Positions 1 to 8,762 of a DNA stretch of 64,000 nt are shown piece after piece. Both the position numbers and the translations under genes were made by a program. Below the pieces are notes generated by a model that saw only the letters and a list, made by a program, of their open reading frames with translations, searched no databases and was not told where the DNA came from. Each line of letters opens with the position of its first letter. Position 1 is the first letter of the stretch. The DNA is from Alphaproteobacteria bacterium (GTDB taxonomy: Bacteria; Pseudomonadota; Alphaproteobacteria; Micropepsales; Micropepsaceae): positions 4,229 to 68,228 of the forward strand of contig JADHVO010000011.1 in the NCBI GenBank assembly GCA_016783965.1, in the 5' to 3' direction.

Positions 1-598
1 AGTGAGTGGTCGGCGAGGGCATCGCGCCGTCCATGTTCATGCCTTTCATCGCGTCGTCGTGATCAGGCGCCAATTTCGAGAGACGTTCATATTCTGCCGG
101 CGTGAGGCTTGGGAGCTTCCGGAGGAAGGCAACCATGTCCCAGATCAGCTTGTCGTTGTGCGTGACGCCCCATGCGGGCATCGCGCTCATCTTGATGCCG
201 TGTTTGATCACCCAGAACTGTTGTTCCGCAGAGAGTTTGCTGTCGCGAAGGGCGGGGGCGGGCGGATAGAGCCCCTGGCTCAGTTCGGTTTTCTCTGTGC
301 CGGGCGCCAAATGGCAAGCTGTGCACATTTCTTTGTAAAGGGCGGCGCCAGACGCGACGCGCGGCTCCAAGCCGAGATCCGTCGGTACGGGAATGTCGGC
401 GGAACGCACAAGGATTGACCGCTCGCGAACCGTCTTGAGAAGCCAGTAGACCGGGCCGGTGTGCGGCGCATCGGCCGCAATATTGTAGGCGCCGGCATAG
501 ATAATGATCCACGCGGCGCCGAGGACGGCGACAAGGCCGCCGCCGATAACAGCGCCGATGAGACGGTTACGCGTCATATTTTTGATGGACCAAGCCAT
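1..598 (-). CDS. membrane-anchored class I c-type cytochrome (3' end lies beyond the window)
   Basis: Missing from the ORF track because it runs off the left edge. My translation from ATG 598-596 reads MAWSIKNMTRNRLIGAVIGGGLVAVLGAAWIIIYAG...GAALYKEMCTACHLAPG...IKHGIKMSAMPAWG. It has an N-terminal TM helix, a CxxCH haem motif (CTACH, nt 325-311) and a distal Met. Confidence 0.8.
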   Translation of the reverse strand, partial: MAWSIKNMTRNRLIGAVIGGGLVAVLGAAWIIIYAGAYNIAADAPHTGPVYWLLKTVRERSILVRSADIPVPTDLGLEPRVASGAALYKEMCTACHLAPGTEKTELSQGLYPPAPALRDSKLSAEQQFWVIKHGIKMSAMPAWGVTHNDKLIWDMVAFLRKLPSLTPAEYERLSKLAPDHDDAMKGMNMDGAMPSPTTH

Positions 599-770
599 AG
601 GGTTGACGATTCCGGCGCTTTCAGACTGATACGCAGGCCGGTTCGGTATCCCTCCCTCTGAAGACCATTGAGGAATGGCGCACCGATTGCGACGCGCCTA
701 GGCTTCGGAAATCTTGCCCGGGAGGGCTGGCACCGGGGCGCGCGTAAGGGCAGGGGGACTGGAGGCTTGC

Positions 771-1058
771 ATGATTGACAAGGATTTGGCGCGTCTGATC
801 GCGCGCGACGAGCGAGCGGATTTGCGGCGACTCGAACGCGACGTCTGGCACCGGGAAGCCGCGCTTCAATCGCTTGCGCGCGCGAGCCGCCGTCTTGCTT
901 CCTGGCAGGGCCTCGTGCTGGCGGTTGCGATTCTGACGAGTGCGACCATCGGTATGTCGTCTGGGATGGCTTTGGCGCAGCATGCGAACGCGTCGCCCTT
1001 TACGACCGGAGAGAAGCTCGCGCCTTCAACCCTGCTTTTCGGCGGCGGCACACGATGA
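771..1058 (+). CDS. small single-TM protein, CnrY-like anti-sigma candidate (95 aa from the internal ATG)
   Basis: MIDKDLARLIARDE...WQGLVLAVAILTSATIGM has one TM helix. Its stop overlaps the next start (ATGA at 1055-1058). It sits first in a Y-X-H gene order. Confidence 0.5.
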   Translation: MIDKDLARLIARDERADLRRLERDVWHREAALQSLARASRRLASWQGLVLAVAILTSATIGMSSGMALAQHANASPFTTGEKLAPSTLLFGGGTR

Positions 1059-1492
1059 TGAGCCGCACCTTTCTTTTTATGCTCCTGCTTACGATCCTAG
1101 CCGCCGGCCTCGCCGGTTGGGCGGGTGTGCAGTATGGGTTGAGCCGCTCTGCCGATAGCACCGATCTCGACACGGTGCTGCATCGCGACCTTGCTCTGAG
1201 CGCGGAACAAGAGCGCCGCATCGGTCAGCTCGAAGAAAAATTCGGGACCGAGCGCGGCGTCCTGCAAGAGGAGATGCGGGCTGCCAATGATGATTTGGCG
1301 CGCGCGATCACAGAAGAGCGCATCTATGGCCCCAAAGCACAGCGCGCAATCGGCCGATTCCATTCAGCGATGGCCGCTCTTCAAGAAAAGACGGTACGTC
1401 ACATTCTCGCGATGCGCGCGGTGCTGACGCCGGATCAGGCGCGCCGCTTCGACACAACAATAACCAAGGCGCTCGGCTCCGGGGCGCCGTGA
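1055..1492 (+). CDS. periplasmic metal-sensor protein, CnrX / Spy-CpxP-like
   Basis: 145 aa with an N-terminal TM anchor and a helical body. It carries a LHRDL..QLEEKF..EMRAAN..RHILAMRAVL pattern that recalls CnrX. It is translationally coupled on both sides. Confidence 0.7.
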   Translation: MMSRTFLFMLLLTILAAGLAGWAGVQYGLSRSADSTDLDTVLHRDLALSAEQERRIGQLEEKFGTERGVLQEEMRAANDDLARAITEERIYGPKAQRAIGRFHSAMAALQEKTVRHILAMRAVLTPDQARRFDTTITKALGSGAP

Positions 1493-2064
1493 GCAGCGGC
1501 GGCGCAGAGTCGGACGAGAGCATTGCAGCGCGCGCGAAAGACGGCGATCGGGGCGCGTTCGATCTTCTGGTCAAGCGCCATAAAGATGGCATCTATCGCT
1601 TCATCCGGCGCTACGTCGGCCAGGCGGACGATGCGTATGACGTTCTGCAAAACTGCTTCGTCGCGGCTTGGTCCGGACTTGGGCGCTACGATGCTGCGCG
1701 GCCCTTCTTGCCTTGGCTTCGGACGATCGCCCTGAACAAGTGTCGCGACTTCGGCCGGCGCCAGACCGTTCGGCGCTTCGTTCTGAGCGCGTTCGCCACC
1801 GAACGCGGCGAACCTTCGACGGAACTCCTGGAAGAGCAACGGAGCGAGGATCGCGCCGAGACGGAACGGCTCGCAGAGCTGGATCGCGTGATCGCCGCAC
1901 TTCCGGCTTTCTATAAGGAGCCGCTTCTGTTGACGACCGTCAGCGGCCTCTCGCACCAGGAGGCCGCAGCGTTGCTCGAGACAACCCCGAAAGCGGTCGA
2001 AATGCGTATTTACCGGGCCAGGCGGAAGGTCATTGCCGCCCTAGGGAGAAAAGGGGAGGGATGA
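1489..2064 (+). CDS. ECF (sigma-70 group IV) RNA polymerase sigma factor, CnrH-like
   Basis: 191 aa. Region 2 (FDLLVKRHKDGIYRFIRRYV) and region 4 (LLLTTVSGLSHQEAAALLETTPKAVEMRIYRARRKV) are readable. GTGA overlap with the upstream gene. Confidence 0.9.
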   Translation: MSSGGAESDESIAARAKDGDRGAFDLLVKRHKDGIYRFIRRYVGQADDAYDVLQNCFVAAWSGLGRYDAARPFLPWLRTIALNKCRDFGRRQTVRRFVLSAFATERGEPSTELLEEQRSEDRAETERLAELDRVIAALPAFYKEPLLLTTVSGLSHQEAAALLETTPKAVEMRIYRARRKVIAALGRKGEG

Positions 2065-2116
2065 AAAGGGTCCCTGCGTATCCATAACCAGTAGCACCCT
2101 CCTGCCCCGAGTTCCC

Positions 2117-4018
2117 ATGACTGATGCCGCGGCTGTGCCGCCTCAATTCTCGCTAGGCCGCAGGCGCTTCGTGCAAGGGCTCACGCTCGCCGCAAGTGCC
2201 GCCGCTCTCGGCTGGCCGTTTCGCGCGCTGGGTAGGGCGATGGGGCCGCAGGTTCTGTCCGGGAAGAATTTCGATATCACCGTCGGCGAAATGCCGGTCA
2301 ACATCACGGGTCGACCACGAATCGCAACGGTGGCGAACAACTCCCTCCCGTCGCCGATCTTGCGCATGCGCGAAGGCGACAACGTCACGATCAATGTCAC
2401 GAACCGGCTCCGGGAGCCGACCTCAATTCACTGGCACGGCATCAAGCTTCCGAACGCGATGGACGGCGTTCCCGGCCTCACTTTCAAGGGCATCATGCCG
2501 GGCGAGACCTTCACCTACCGCTTCCCGATCATCCAAAGCGGTACCTACTGGTATCACAGCCACAGCGGCATGCAGGAACAGACCGGCTTTTATGGGCCGC
2601 TGATTTTCGAGCCGCTCAAGCGCGAACCCTACACCTATGATCGCGACTACGTCGTGATGCTCTCGGATTGGACCGACGAAGACCCGATGGCGATCGTCGC
2701 CAACCTCAAGCAGCAAGGCGCCTATTACAATTACGGCCAGCGCACGCTCGGCACCTTCATCGCCGACGCGCAGCGCGCCGGGCTCGGTCCGACGATCAAG
2801 GATCGGTTGATGTGGGGCAGAATGCGCATGAGCCCCACCGATATAATGGACGTGACGGGCGCCACTTATACGTTCCTCATCAATGGGCTTCCGCCCGCCG
2901 CCAACTGGACAGGGCTTTTCAATCGTGGCGAGCGTATTCGTCTGCGTTTCATCAACGGCTCGTCCATGAGCACGTTCGATGTGCGCATTCCCGGCCTTAT
3001 GATGAAAGTCGTCCAGGCGGATGGCACCGACATCCAGCCAGTCGATGTCGAAGAATTTCGGATCGCTGTCGCGGAAACCTACGACGTCATCGTCGCGCCA
3101 GAGGCCGATGCTTACACGATCTTTGCCCAAGCAGAGGACCGCAGCGGATATGCACGCGCCACCCTCGCGCTGCGAGAAGGCCAGGCCGCGGCTATTCCTC
3201 CCATGGATCCGCGCCCGATGCGGACCATGACCGACATGGGGATGGGCAACATGGCCGGGATGTCGGGCATGAACGGTATGTCCGGCATGGACATGTCGGG
3301 AAGCGCACATGGCGAGATGTCCGGGATGAGCATGCCGGGGATGAACATGAGCGGGTCACCCGCGCCGGCGCCGAGCGCCACTTCAATGCCCGGCATGGAT
3401 ATGGGCGATCACAGAATGACCGAGATGCCCGGAATGAAACCCGGCCAGTCGATGCCCGGCATGGCGATGCCGGAAAATGGGCCGATCCCGACAACGAACG
3501 CCGATGGCGTCGATCCGACGACGCTTGAGGGCAAGCCGAGCGTCGACAATGTGGCGATGGATCCGAAGAACCGCCTCGCCGAGGCGGGAGACGGGCTCGA
3601 CGGCAACGGCAGAAAGGTTCTCACCTATGCCGATCTTGAAGCGCTCGAGGTGTCACATGACGGGCCGCCGACGCGCGAGATTGAATTTCATCTCACGGGC
3701 AACATGGAGCGCTGGACTTGGGGTTTTGACGGCAAGCGCTTCTCCGAAGCAGGACCGATCCCGGTGACGTTGAACGAGCGCGTCCGCTTTACGCTCATCA
3801 ACGACACGATGATGGAGCATCCCATTCATCTGCACGGATTTCTCTTCCAGATCGAGAATGGCAAGGCTAATGCGCCTTTCAAGCATACGATCAACGTGAA
3901 GCCCGGTGAAAAAATGAGTTTCATCTTCACCGCGGACGAGCCGGGCTACTGGGCCTTCCACTGCCATCTCCTCTATCACATGGAGATGGGCATGTTCCGC
4001 ACGGTCGTGGTATCATGA
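2117..4018 (+). CDS. copA: multicopper oxidase CopA (copper resistance protein A)
   Basis: Tat signal RRRFVQG. Cu-binding motifs HWHG, HSH and HPIHLHG...HCHLLYHMEMGM. Central Met-rich MxxM tract. Confidence 0.95.
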   Translation: MTDAAAVPPQFSLGRRRFVQGLTLAASAAALGWPFRALGRAMGPQVLSGKNFDITVGEMPVNITGRPRIATVANNSLPSPILRMREGDNVTINVTNRLREPTSIHWHGIKLPNAMDGVPGLTFKGIMPGETFTYRFPIIQSGTYWYHSHSGMQEQTGFYGPLIFEPLKREPYTYDRDYVVMLSDWTDEDPMAIVANLKQQGAYYNYGQRTLGTFIADAQRAGLGPTIKDRLMWGRMRMSPTDIMDVTGATYTFLINGLPPAANWTGLFNRGERIRLRFINGSSMSTFDVRIPGLMMKVVQADGTDIQPVDVEEFRIAVAETYDVIVAPEADAYTIFAQAEDRSGYARATLALREGQAAAIPPMDPRPMRTMTDMGMGNMAGMSGMNGMSGMDMSGSAHGEMSGMSMPGMNMSGSPAPAPSATSMPGMDMGDHRMTEMPGMKPGQSMPGMAMPENGPIPTTNADGVDPTTLEGKPSVDNVAMDPKNRLAEAGDGLDGNGRKVLTYADLEALEVSHDGPPTREIEFHLTGNMERWTWGFDGKRFSEAGPIPVTLNERVRFTLINDTMMEHPIHLHGFLFQIENGKANAPFKHTINVKPGEKMSFIFTADEPGYWAFHCHLLYHMEMGMFRTVVVS

Positions 4019-4776
4019 CGCGGCTCCTCCTTGTCGGCGCTTGTCTTGGGGCGTTGGTCTCCTTTTCGACACCCGCACGAGCCGAGATGTCGGGCATGGA
4101 TATGGGCGGAGCAACCGAGGCGGCACCTTTCGGCGCGCCCGTGGATGATCAGCACGTCTTTTCGCATGTGATGCTCAATCAGTTTGAAGGCCGGCTCGGG
4201 CGCGATACGAGCTTCCGCTGGGAGGGGGAGGCTTGGGCCGGCACCGATAGCGATCGCGTTCTGCTCCGCAGTGAAGGTGAAGTCTCGAACGGCAATGTTG
4301 AGGAGGGACAACAAGAGCTCTTCTACAGTCGACCGATCAGCACCTATTTCAATGCCCAAGGCGGGCTGCGCTATGATCTCGACAGTCGGCCCGGCCGTGG
4401 ATGGTTGGCCTTCGGGATTGAAGGCCTCGCACCGCTTTTCTTTCATGTCGCCGCAACGGGCTACGCCAGTGATAAAGGTCATTATGGCGCCAAGCTGGAA
4501 GGGAGCTACGACCAGCTCCTCACGCAGAGGTTGGTCCTGCAGCCGCAGGTCGAGATGAATTTTTACTCAAAGGACGATCCGGCTCGGCTAACGGGGACCG
4601 GCCTCTCGGACATCGATATGGGCCTGCGGCTTCGCTATGAGTTCTCTCGCAAGTTCGCACCTTATATTGGTGTCACCTACGTCTCGAAGTTCGGAGGCAC
4701 GGCCGATTTTGTGCGGGCAGCCGGCGAGTCGGTCAATGACGTGCGTTTCACCGCCGGGCTGCGCGTCTGGTTCTAG
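4015..4776 (+). CDS. copB: copper resistance protein B (outer membrane)
   Basis: ATGA overlap with copA. Signal peptide, Met-rich N-terminus (EMSGMDMGG) and a beta-barrel-like C-terminus ending in F. Confidence 0.9.
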   Translation: MTRLLLVGACLGALVSFSTPARAEMSGMDMGGATEAAPFGAPVDDQHVFSHVMLNQFEGRLGRDTSFRWEGEAWAGTDSDRVLLRSEGEVSNGNVEEGQQELFYSRPISTYFNAQGGLRYDLDSRPGRGWLAFGIEGLAPLFFHVAATGYASDKGHYGAKLEGSYDQLLTQRLVLQPQVEMNFYSKDDPARLTGTGLSDIDMGLRLRYEFSRKFAPYIGVTYVSKFGGTADFVRAAGESVNDVRFTAGLRVWF

Positions 4777-4882
4777 AGATTATGACGCCCCGACAGACTC
4801 ACGCGGCGGGGGTCAAGGAAACGCTCCCACGCAAGGTGCGCGAGAGCGTTCGGCGCCTCGTCGAACCGACTTGCGACGCGCC

Positions 4883-5245
4883 TCATCGGTCCATGCACCC
4901 GACGGTATCGCCGCTTGAGGCCTCGATATGTATCGTTTGTCTTCCGTCAAAACGCCAAAGCGTCCAGATCCCATCTTCAAACTGAATATGCCAGGGACCT
5001 GTGCGCATGCCGTAGGTTTTGCAAAGGCGGTTGGCGATCAACATGGCCGCCTTGCCTGAAGGAACAGTCGCACTCTCCGGCGGTTTGGCGGCGCACCCCG
5101 TGAGGCAAAATGACAGCAAGACCGAGACCGCCACCACATCAAGCCGACGAGCCCTCTGGCAGAATGCGGGAAAGAAGCGTCTGCCTCTACGCCTCATATT
5201 GAGCGGCATCCTTCTGTCCTCCTGCTGGGGCGTCTTCATCGGCAT
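4883..5245 (-). CDS. small putative lipoprotein
   Basis: Lipobox-like LTGC follows a hydrophobic stretch. The start codon is uncertain. Confidence 0.4.
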   Translation of the reverse strand: MPMKTPQQEDRRMPLNMRRRGRRFFPAFCQRARRLDVVAVSVLLSFCLTGCAAKPPESATVPSGKAAMLIANRLCKTYGMRTGPWHIQFEDGIWTLWRFDGRQTIHIEASSGDTVGCMDR

Positions 5246-5250
5246 CTCCT

Positions 5251-8200
5251 TTAGGTTGAGGGTCGAGACTCGGCGCGCGTCGAATCGAACGTATCGGGTA
5301 GTTGCGAGCCGACGACTGTCTGTTCACGCGGAACCCGATGAAACATCCGATACAGCGCCGGGAGAACGAAGAGCGACAGGAGCGTCGCCGAGATGATACC
5401 CCCGATGACCACCGTCGCGAGCGGCCGCTGAACCTCGGCGCCTGTGCTGGTATTGAGGGCCATCGGCAAGAAGCCAAGCGAGGCGACGAGGCCGATCATG
5501 AGGATCGGCCGGAGCCGCGTCAGCGCACCTTTGATGATGGCCTCTTCGATCGGCAGCCCGTCCCGCACCAGATCGCGGATGTAGGAGACCATGACAACCC
5601 CGGTCAGCACCGAGACACCGCAGAGCGTAATGAAGCCGACGCCCGCTGTGATCGAAAGCGGAATTCCCCGCAGGAGCAACGCAAGGATCCCGCCCGTGAG
5701 CGATAGCGGCACACCCGAGAAGACCAGAAGGGCGTCCTTGATCGAGCCGAAGGTAATGACGAGAAGGCCAAGGATCATCAGGAGCGCGAGCGGGACAAGG
5801 AGTGTGAGCCGCTCGGTTGCCGACTGAAGCTGCTCAAATGTGCCGCCATACTCGACATAGTAGCCCGGCGGCATTTGCAGCTTCGCGCCGATCTGCGCCT
5901 GCGCGTCCTTGACGAAGCCGGCGAGATCGCGGCCGCGCACATTTGCCATGACGACGGTGAAGCGCTTGCCGTTGGCCCGCGAGACCTGGTTCGGTCCTTC
6001 GCTGAACCTGATATCGGCGACCTCCTCAAGCGGCACATACCCGCCGCCCGGCCGCGCCAGAGGCAAACGACGGAGCTGGTCGATGTCGGTCCGCAGATTC
6101 TCAGGCAGCCGCACTTCCAATGGATAGCGCGCGTCGCCCTCGTAGATGAGGCCCGTTTCCTTGCCGCCCAAAGCCGCCGCAACCACGTCCTGGACGTTGG
6201 ATACGCTGAGGCCGTAACGGGCGAGTTCGGTCCGCTTTGGATCGACCGTGAGTAGGGGAAGACCGGAGACCTGCTCCATTTTGACGTCTTCGGCACCTGC
6301 AATGCCGGAAAGAATGCGCTGGCTGGCTGTGGCAAGTCTCACGAGCTCGTCGAGGTCATCGCCATAGATCTTCAGCGCAACGTCGCTTCGGACGCCGGAT
6401 ATCAGCTCGTTAAATCGCAGCTGGATCGGCTGGCTGAAGCCATAGACGGTGCCCAGCACGCTGCGCGCAGCCGCCTCGACCTCGGCCACCAGCTTCGCCT
6501 TGGGTTTGTCAGGATCGGGCCATTCCTCATGCGGCTTCAGCATTACATAGGTATCGGAACGCCCCGGCGGCATAAGATCCGTCGCGACTTCGGCGGTGCC
6601 GTTGCGGGCGAAGACGGTTTTCACTTCCGGAATGGCCCGAAGCGCGCGATTAAGCTGCAGCTGCATCGCCACGGCCGTGTCAATGCCCGTCGAAACCGGC
6701 CGCACGGTTTCTATCGCGATGTCGCCTTCGTCGAGATTCGGAATGAACTCGGCACCCAGTTGCGTCGCAATGACGCCGCAGACCACCACCAGGGCCAGCG
6801 CCGCGCCGACCACGACAAGCCTAAGCTGGAGAACGCGATAGAGCAGGGGCTCGTAGGCACGCTTCGCCCAAGCGACGAGGAAATTATCCTTCTCCTTGAT
6901 CTTTCCCGTAAGAAGAAGCGCGCAAGCGGCAGGCACAAATGTTATCGACAGCACCAGCGCGCCGATCAAAGCGGCAACGACCGCGAATGCCATGGGGTGG
7001 AACATTTTGCCCTCGACCCCGGAGAGCGCAAAGATCGGGAGATTGACGAGTACAATGACGATGACGCTGACGAGGCTCGGCTTGAACACTTCGCGTGTCG
7101 CGTTGAAGACGGTCTCATAGCGTTCGCCCGAGGTGAGCAAACGTCCGTGATGATGCTGGGCCTCGGCAAGCCGCAGCATGCAGTTCTCAACGATGATAAG
7201 CGCGCCATCGACAATGAGGCCGAAGTCGAGCGCGCCGAGGCTCATCAGATTGCCGCTGACGCCGCCCTGAACCATGCCGGTAAAGGTCGCGAAGAGCGCA
7301 AGCGGAATGACGGCGGCCGACAGGAGCGCGGCGCGCAAATTGCCAAGAAAGAGGAACAGCACGATGATAACAAGCGCTGCGCCTTCGATGAGGTTCTTCT
7401 GCACCGTGGCAATGGTCTTGTTGACGAGAACCGTGCGGTTGTAGACGGGCTTCGTGGTCACGCCGGCCGGGAGACGCTTGTTGATTTCCTTGAGGCGCGC
7501 ATCGACGCGCTCGCTGATGATGCGGCTGTTTTCGCCGATCAGCATCATCGCGGTCCCAATCACCGTCTCGTGATCGTCCTGCGTCGCTGCGCCGGTGCGA
7601 AGCTCGTGCCCGACACCAACCTCGGCGACGTCGCCGACCGTGATGGGAACGTTGTCGCGGGTAGTGATGACGGCGCGGCGAATGGCCTCCTCGTCGGCAA
7701 GCTGGCCCGGCACGCGCACGAGATATTGCTCGCCATTCCGCTCGATATACCCGGCGCCGACATTGACGTTGTTGGCCTGAAGCGCCGCGATGAGGTCCGA
7801 AAGGCTGAGCTTGAAAGAAAGGAGCCGGGCGGGATCGGGGGCGACCTGAAACTGTTTTGCGTAGCCGCCAATCGAGTTGACCTCCGAAACGCCCGGGACC
7901 TGGCGCAGCTGCGGCCGGATGATCCAGTCCTGGATCGCACGCAGATCTGTTGCGGTGTACGGTTTGCCGTCCGGTTTGCGCGCATCGCGCTCCGCGTTCA
8001 CGGTATAAAGATAGATTTCGCCCAAGCCAGTCGATACCGGCCCCATTTCCGGCTCGACGCCCGAGGGCAGCTGTGCCTTCACTTCCTGAAGACGCTCATT
8101 TACGAGCTGGCGGGCCATATAGATATCGGTGCCGTCCTCGAAAACGACCGTGACCTGCGAAAGCGCGTAGGCCGATGTGGAGCGCGTGTTCTTTAGGTGC

Positions 8201-8430
8201 GGGATACCGGCCATCGCCGTCTCCACGAGGAAGGTGACGCGCTGCTCGACTTCGAGCGGCGAGTAACCGGGCGCCTGGGTATTGATTTGCACCTGGACGT
8301 TGGTGATGTCCGGCACCGCATCGATCGGCAATTTCTGATACTGGGTGACGCCGAAGACGACAAAGCCTAGCACCGCAACCATGACGAGCCAGCGGTTGCG
8401 AATAGCGATGTCGATGATCCGGTCGATCAT
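5251..8430 (-). CDS. czcA: heavy-metal efflux RND permease, CzcA type (divalent cations)
   Basis: 1059 aa. PDITNVQVQINT at the N-terminus and the TM4 signature ALDFGLIVDGALIIVEN of the HME family. Confidence 0.95.
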   Translation of the reverse strand: MIDRIIDIAIRNRWLVMVAVLGFVVFGVTQYQKLPIDAVPDITNVQVQINTQAPGYSPLEVEQRVTFLVETAMAGIPHLKNTRSTSAYALSQVTVVFEDGTDIYMARQLVNERLQEVKAQLPSGVEPEMGPVSTGLGEIYLYTVNAERDARKPDGKPYTATDLRAIQDWIIRPQLRQVPGVSEVNSIGGYAKQFQVAPDPARLLSFKLSLSDLIAALQANNVNVGAGYIERNGEQYLVRVPGQLADEEAIRRAVITTRDNVPITVGDVAEVGVGHELRTGAATQDDHETVIGTAMMLIGENSRIISERVDARLKEINKRLPAGVTTKPVYNRTVLVNKTIATVQKNLIEGAALVIIVLFLFLGNLRAALLSAAVIPLALFATFTGMVQGGVSGNLMSLGALDFGLIVDGALIIVENCMLRLAEAQHHHGRLLTSGERYETVFNATREVFKPSLVSVIVIVLVNLPIFALSGVEGKMFHPMAFAVVAALIGALVLSITFVPAACALLLTGKIKEKDNFLVAWAKRAYEPLLYRVLQLRLVVVGAALALVVVCGVIATQLGAEFIPNLDEGDIAIETVRPVSTGIDTAVAMQLQLNRALRAIPEVKTVFARNGTAEVATDLMPPGRSDTYVMLKPHEEWPDPDKPKAKLVAEVEAAARSVLGTVYGFSQPIQLRFNELISGVRSDVALKIYGDDLDELVRLATASQRILSGIAGAEDVKMEQVSGLPLLTVDPKRTELARYGLSVSNVQDVVAAALGGKETGLIYEGDARYPLEVRLPENLRTDIDQLRRLPLARPGGGYVPLEEVADIRFSEGPNQVSRANGKRFTVVMANVRGRDLAGFVKDAQAQIGAKLQMPPGYYVEYGGTFEQLQSATERLTLLVPLALLMILGLLVITFGSIKDALLVFSGVPLSLTGGILALLLRGIPLSITAGVGFITLCGVSVLTGVVMVSYIRDLVRDGLPIEEAIIKGALTRLRPILMIGLVASLGFLPMALNTSTGAEVQRPLATVVIGGIISATLLSLFVLPALYRMFHRVPREQTVVGSQLPDTFDSTRAESRPST

Positions 8431-8762
8431 GATGCCGCCCTCGCATCACGCACGCGGATGACATCGCCAAGATCGGAGATCGTCACAAGACCGTCGCCGG
8501 CCCGTCCTGTGTGGGCGGCCTTTGCGATCAGTTCGGCGATATAGCGGGCTTCCTTGTCCTCGCAAACGATCATCAGTGCCCGCCGCTTGTGATAGACGAG
8601 GCCTTCATCGGCGTCATAGACGAAGTGACCTCCAGATCCTTTACCGCGACCCTGCCCATGGGCGTCAACGATCGTGAACCCGGGAAACCGCGGCAGTTCA
8701 TGGAGCGCAAGCACGACATGCCTGAGCCGATGCGGCTGAATGATCGCGTCGATGCGTTTCAT
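8427..8762 (-). CDS. P-II (GlnB-like) family protein embedded in the RND operon
   Basis: 111 aa. MKRIDAIIQP..L..V..AL, a GQGRGKG T-loop-like segment and TGRAGDGLVTISDL..VIRVR. ATGA overlap with czcA and TAATG overlap with the adaptor gene. Confidence 0.85.
   Translation of the reverse strand: MKRIDAIIQPHRLRHVVLALHELPRFPGFTIVDAHGQGRGKGSGGHFVYDADEGLVYHKRRALMIVCEDKEARYIAELIAKAAHTGRAGDGLVTISDLGDVIRVRDARAAS

Noticed and set aside
2-534. Track ORFs 2-418 (+), 87-512 (-) and 280-534 (-)
   Set aside because: All are out of frame with the cytochrome c reading frame, which contains the CxxCH motif and a TM anchor. Their translations are Arg-rich.
646-2084. Shared GTATCC hexamer upstream of the cnrY-like gene (646-651) and copA (2079-2084) as a possible ECF -10 element
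   Set aside because: A shared 6-mer in two short regions is expected by chance, and no matching -35 at a consistent distance could be found. It remains a point to test, not a feature.
3230-3480. Short periodic repeats (GGCATG / ATGCCCGG-type) that could be mistaken for a tandem or CRISPR-like repeat
   Set aside because: They lie in frame within copA and encode the Met-rich MxxM/MPGM copper-binding tract. There is no spacer-repeat architecture.
6529-8196. 555-aa plus-strand ORF inside czcA
   Set aside because: It is antisense to a gene with unmistakable RND motifs. Its translation is Arg/Gly/Asp-rich low-complexity sequence typical of shadow ORFs in high-GC DNA.
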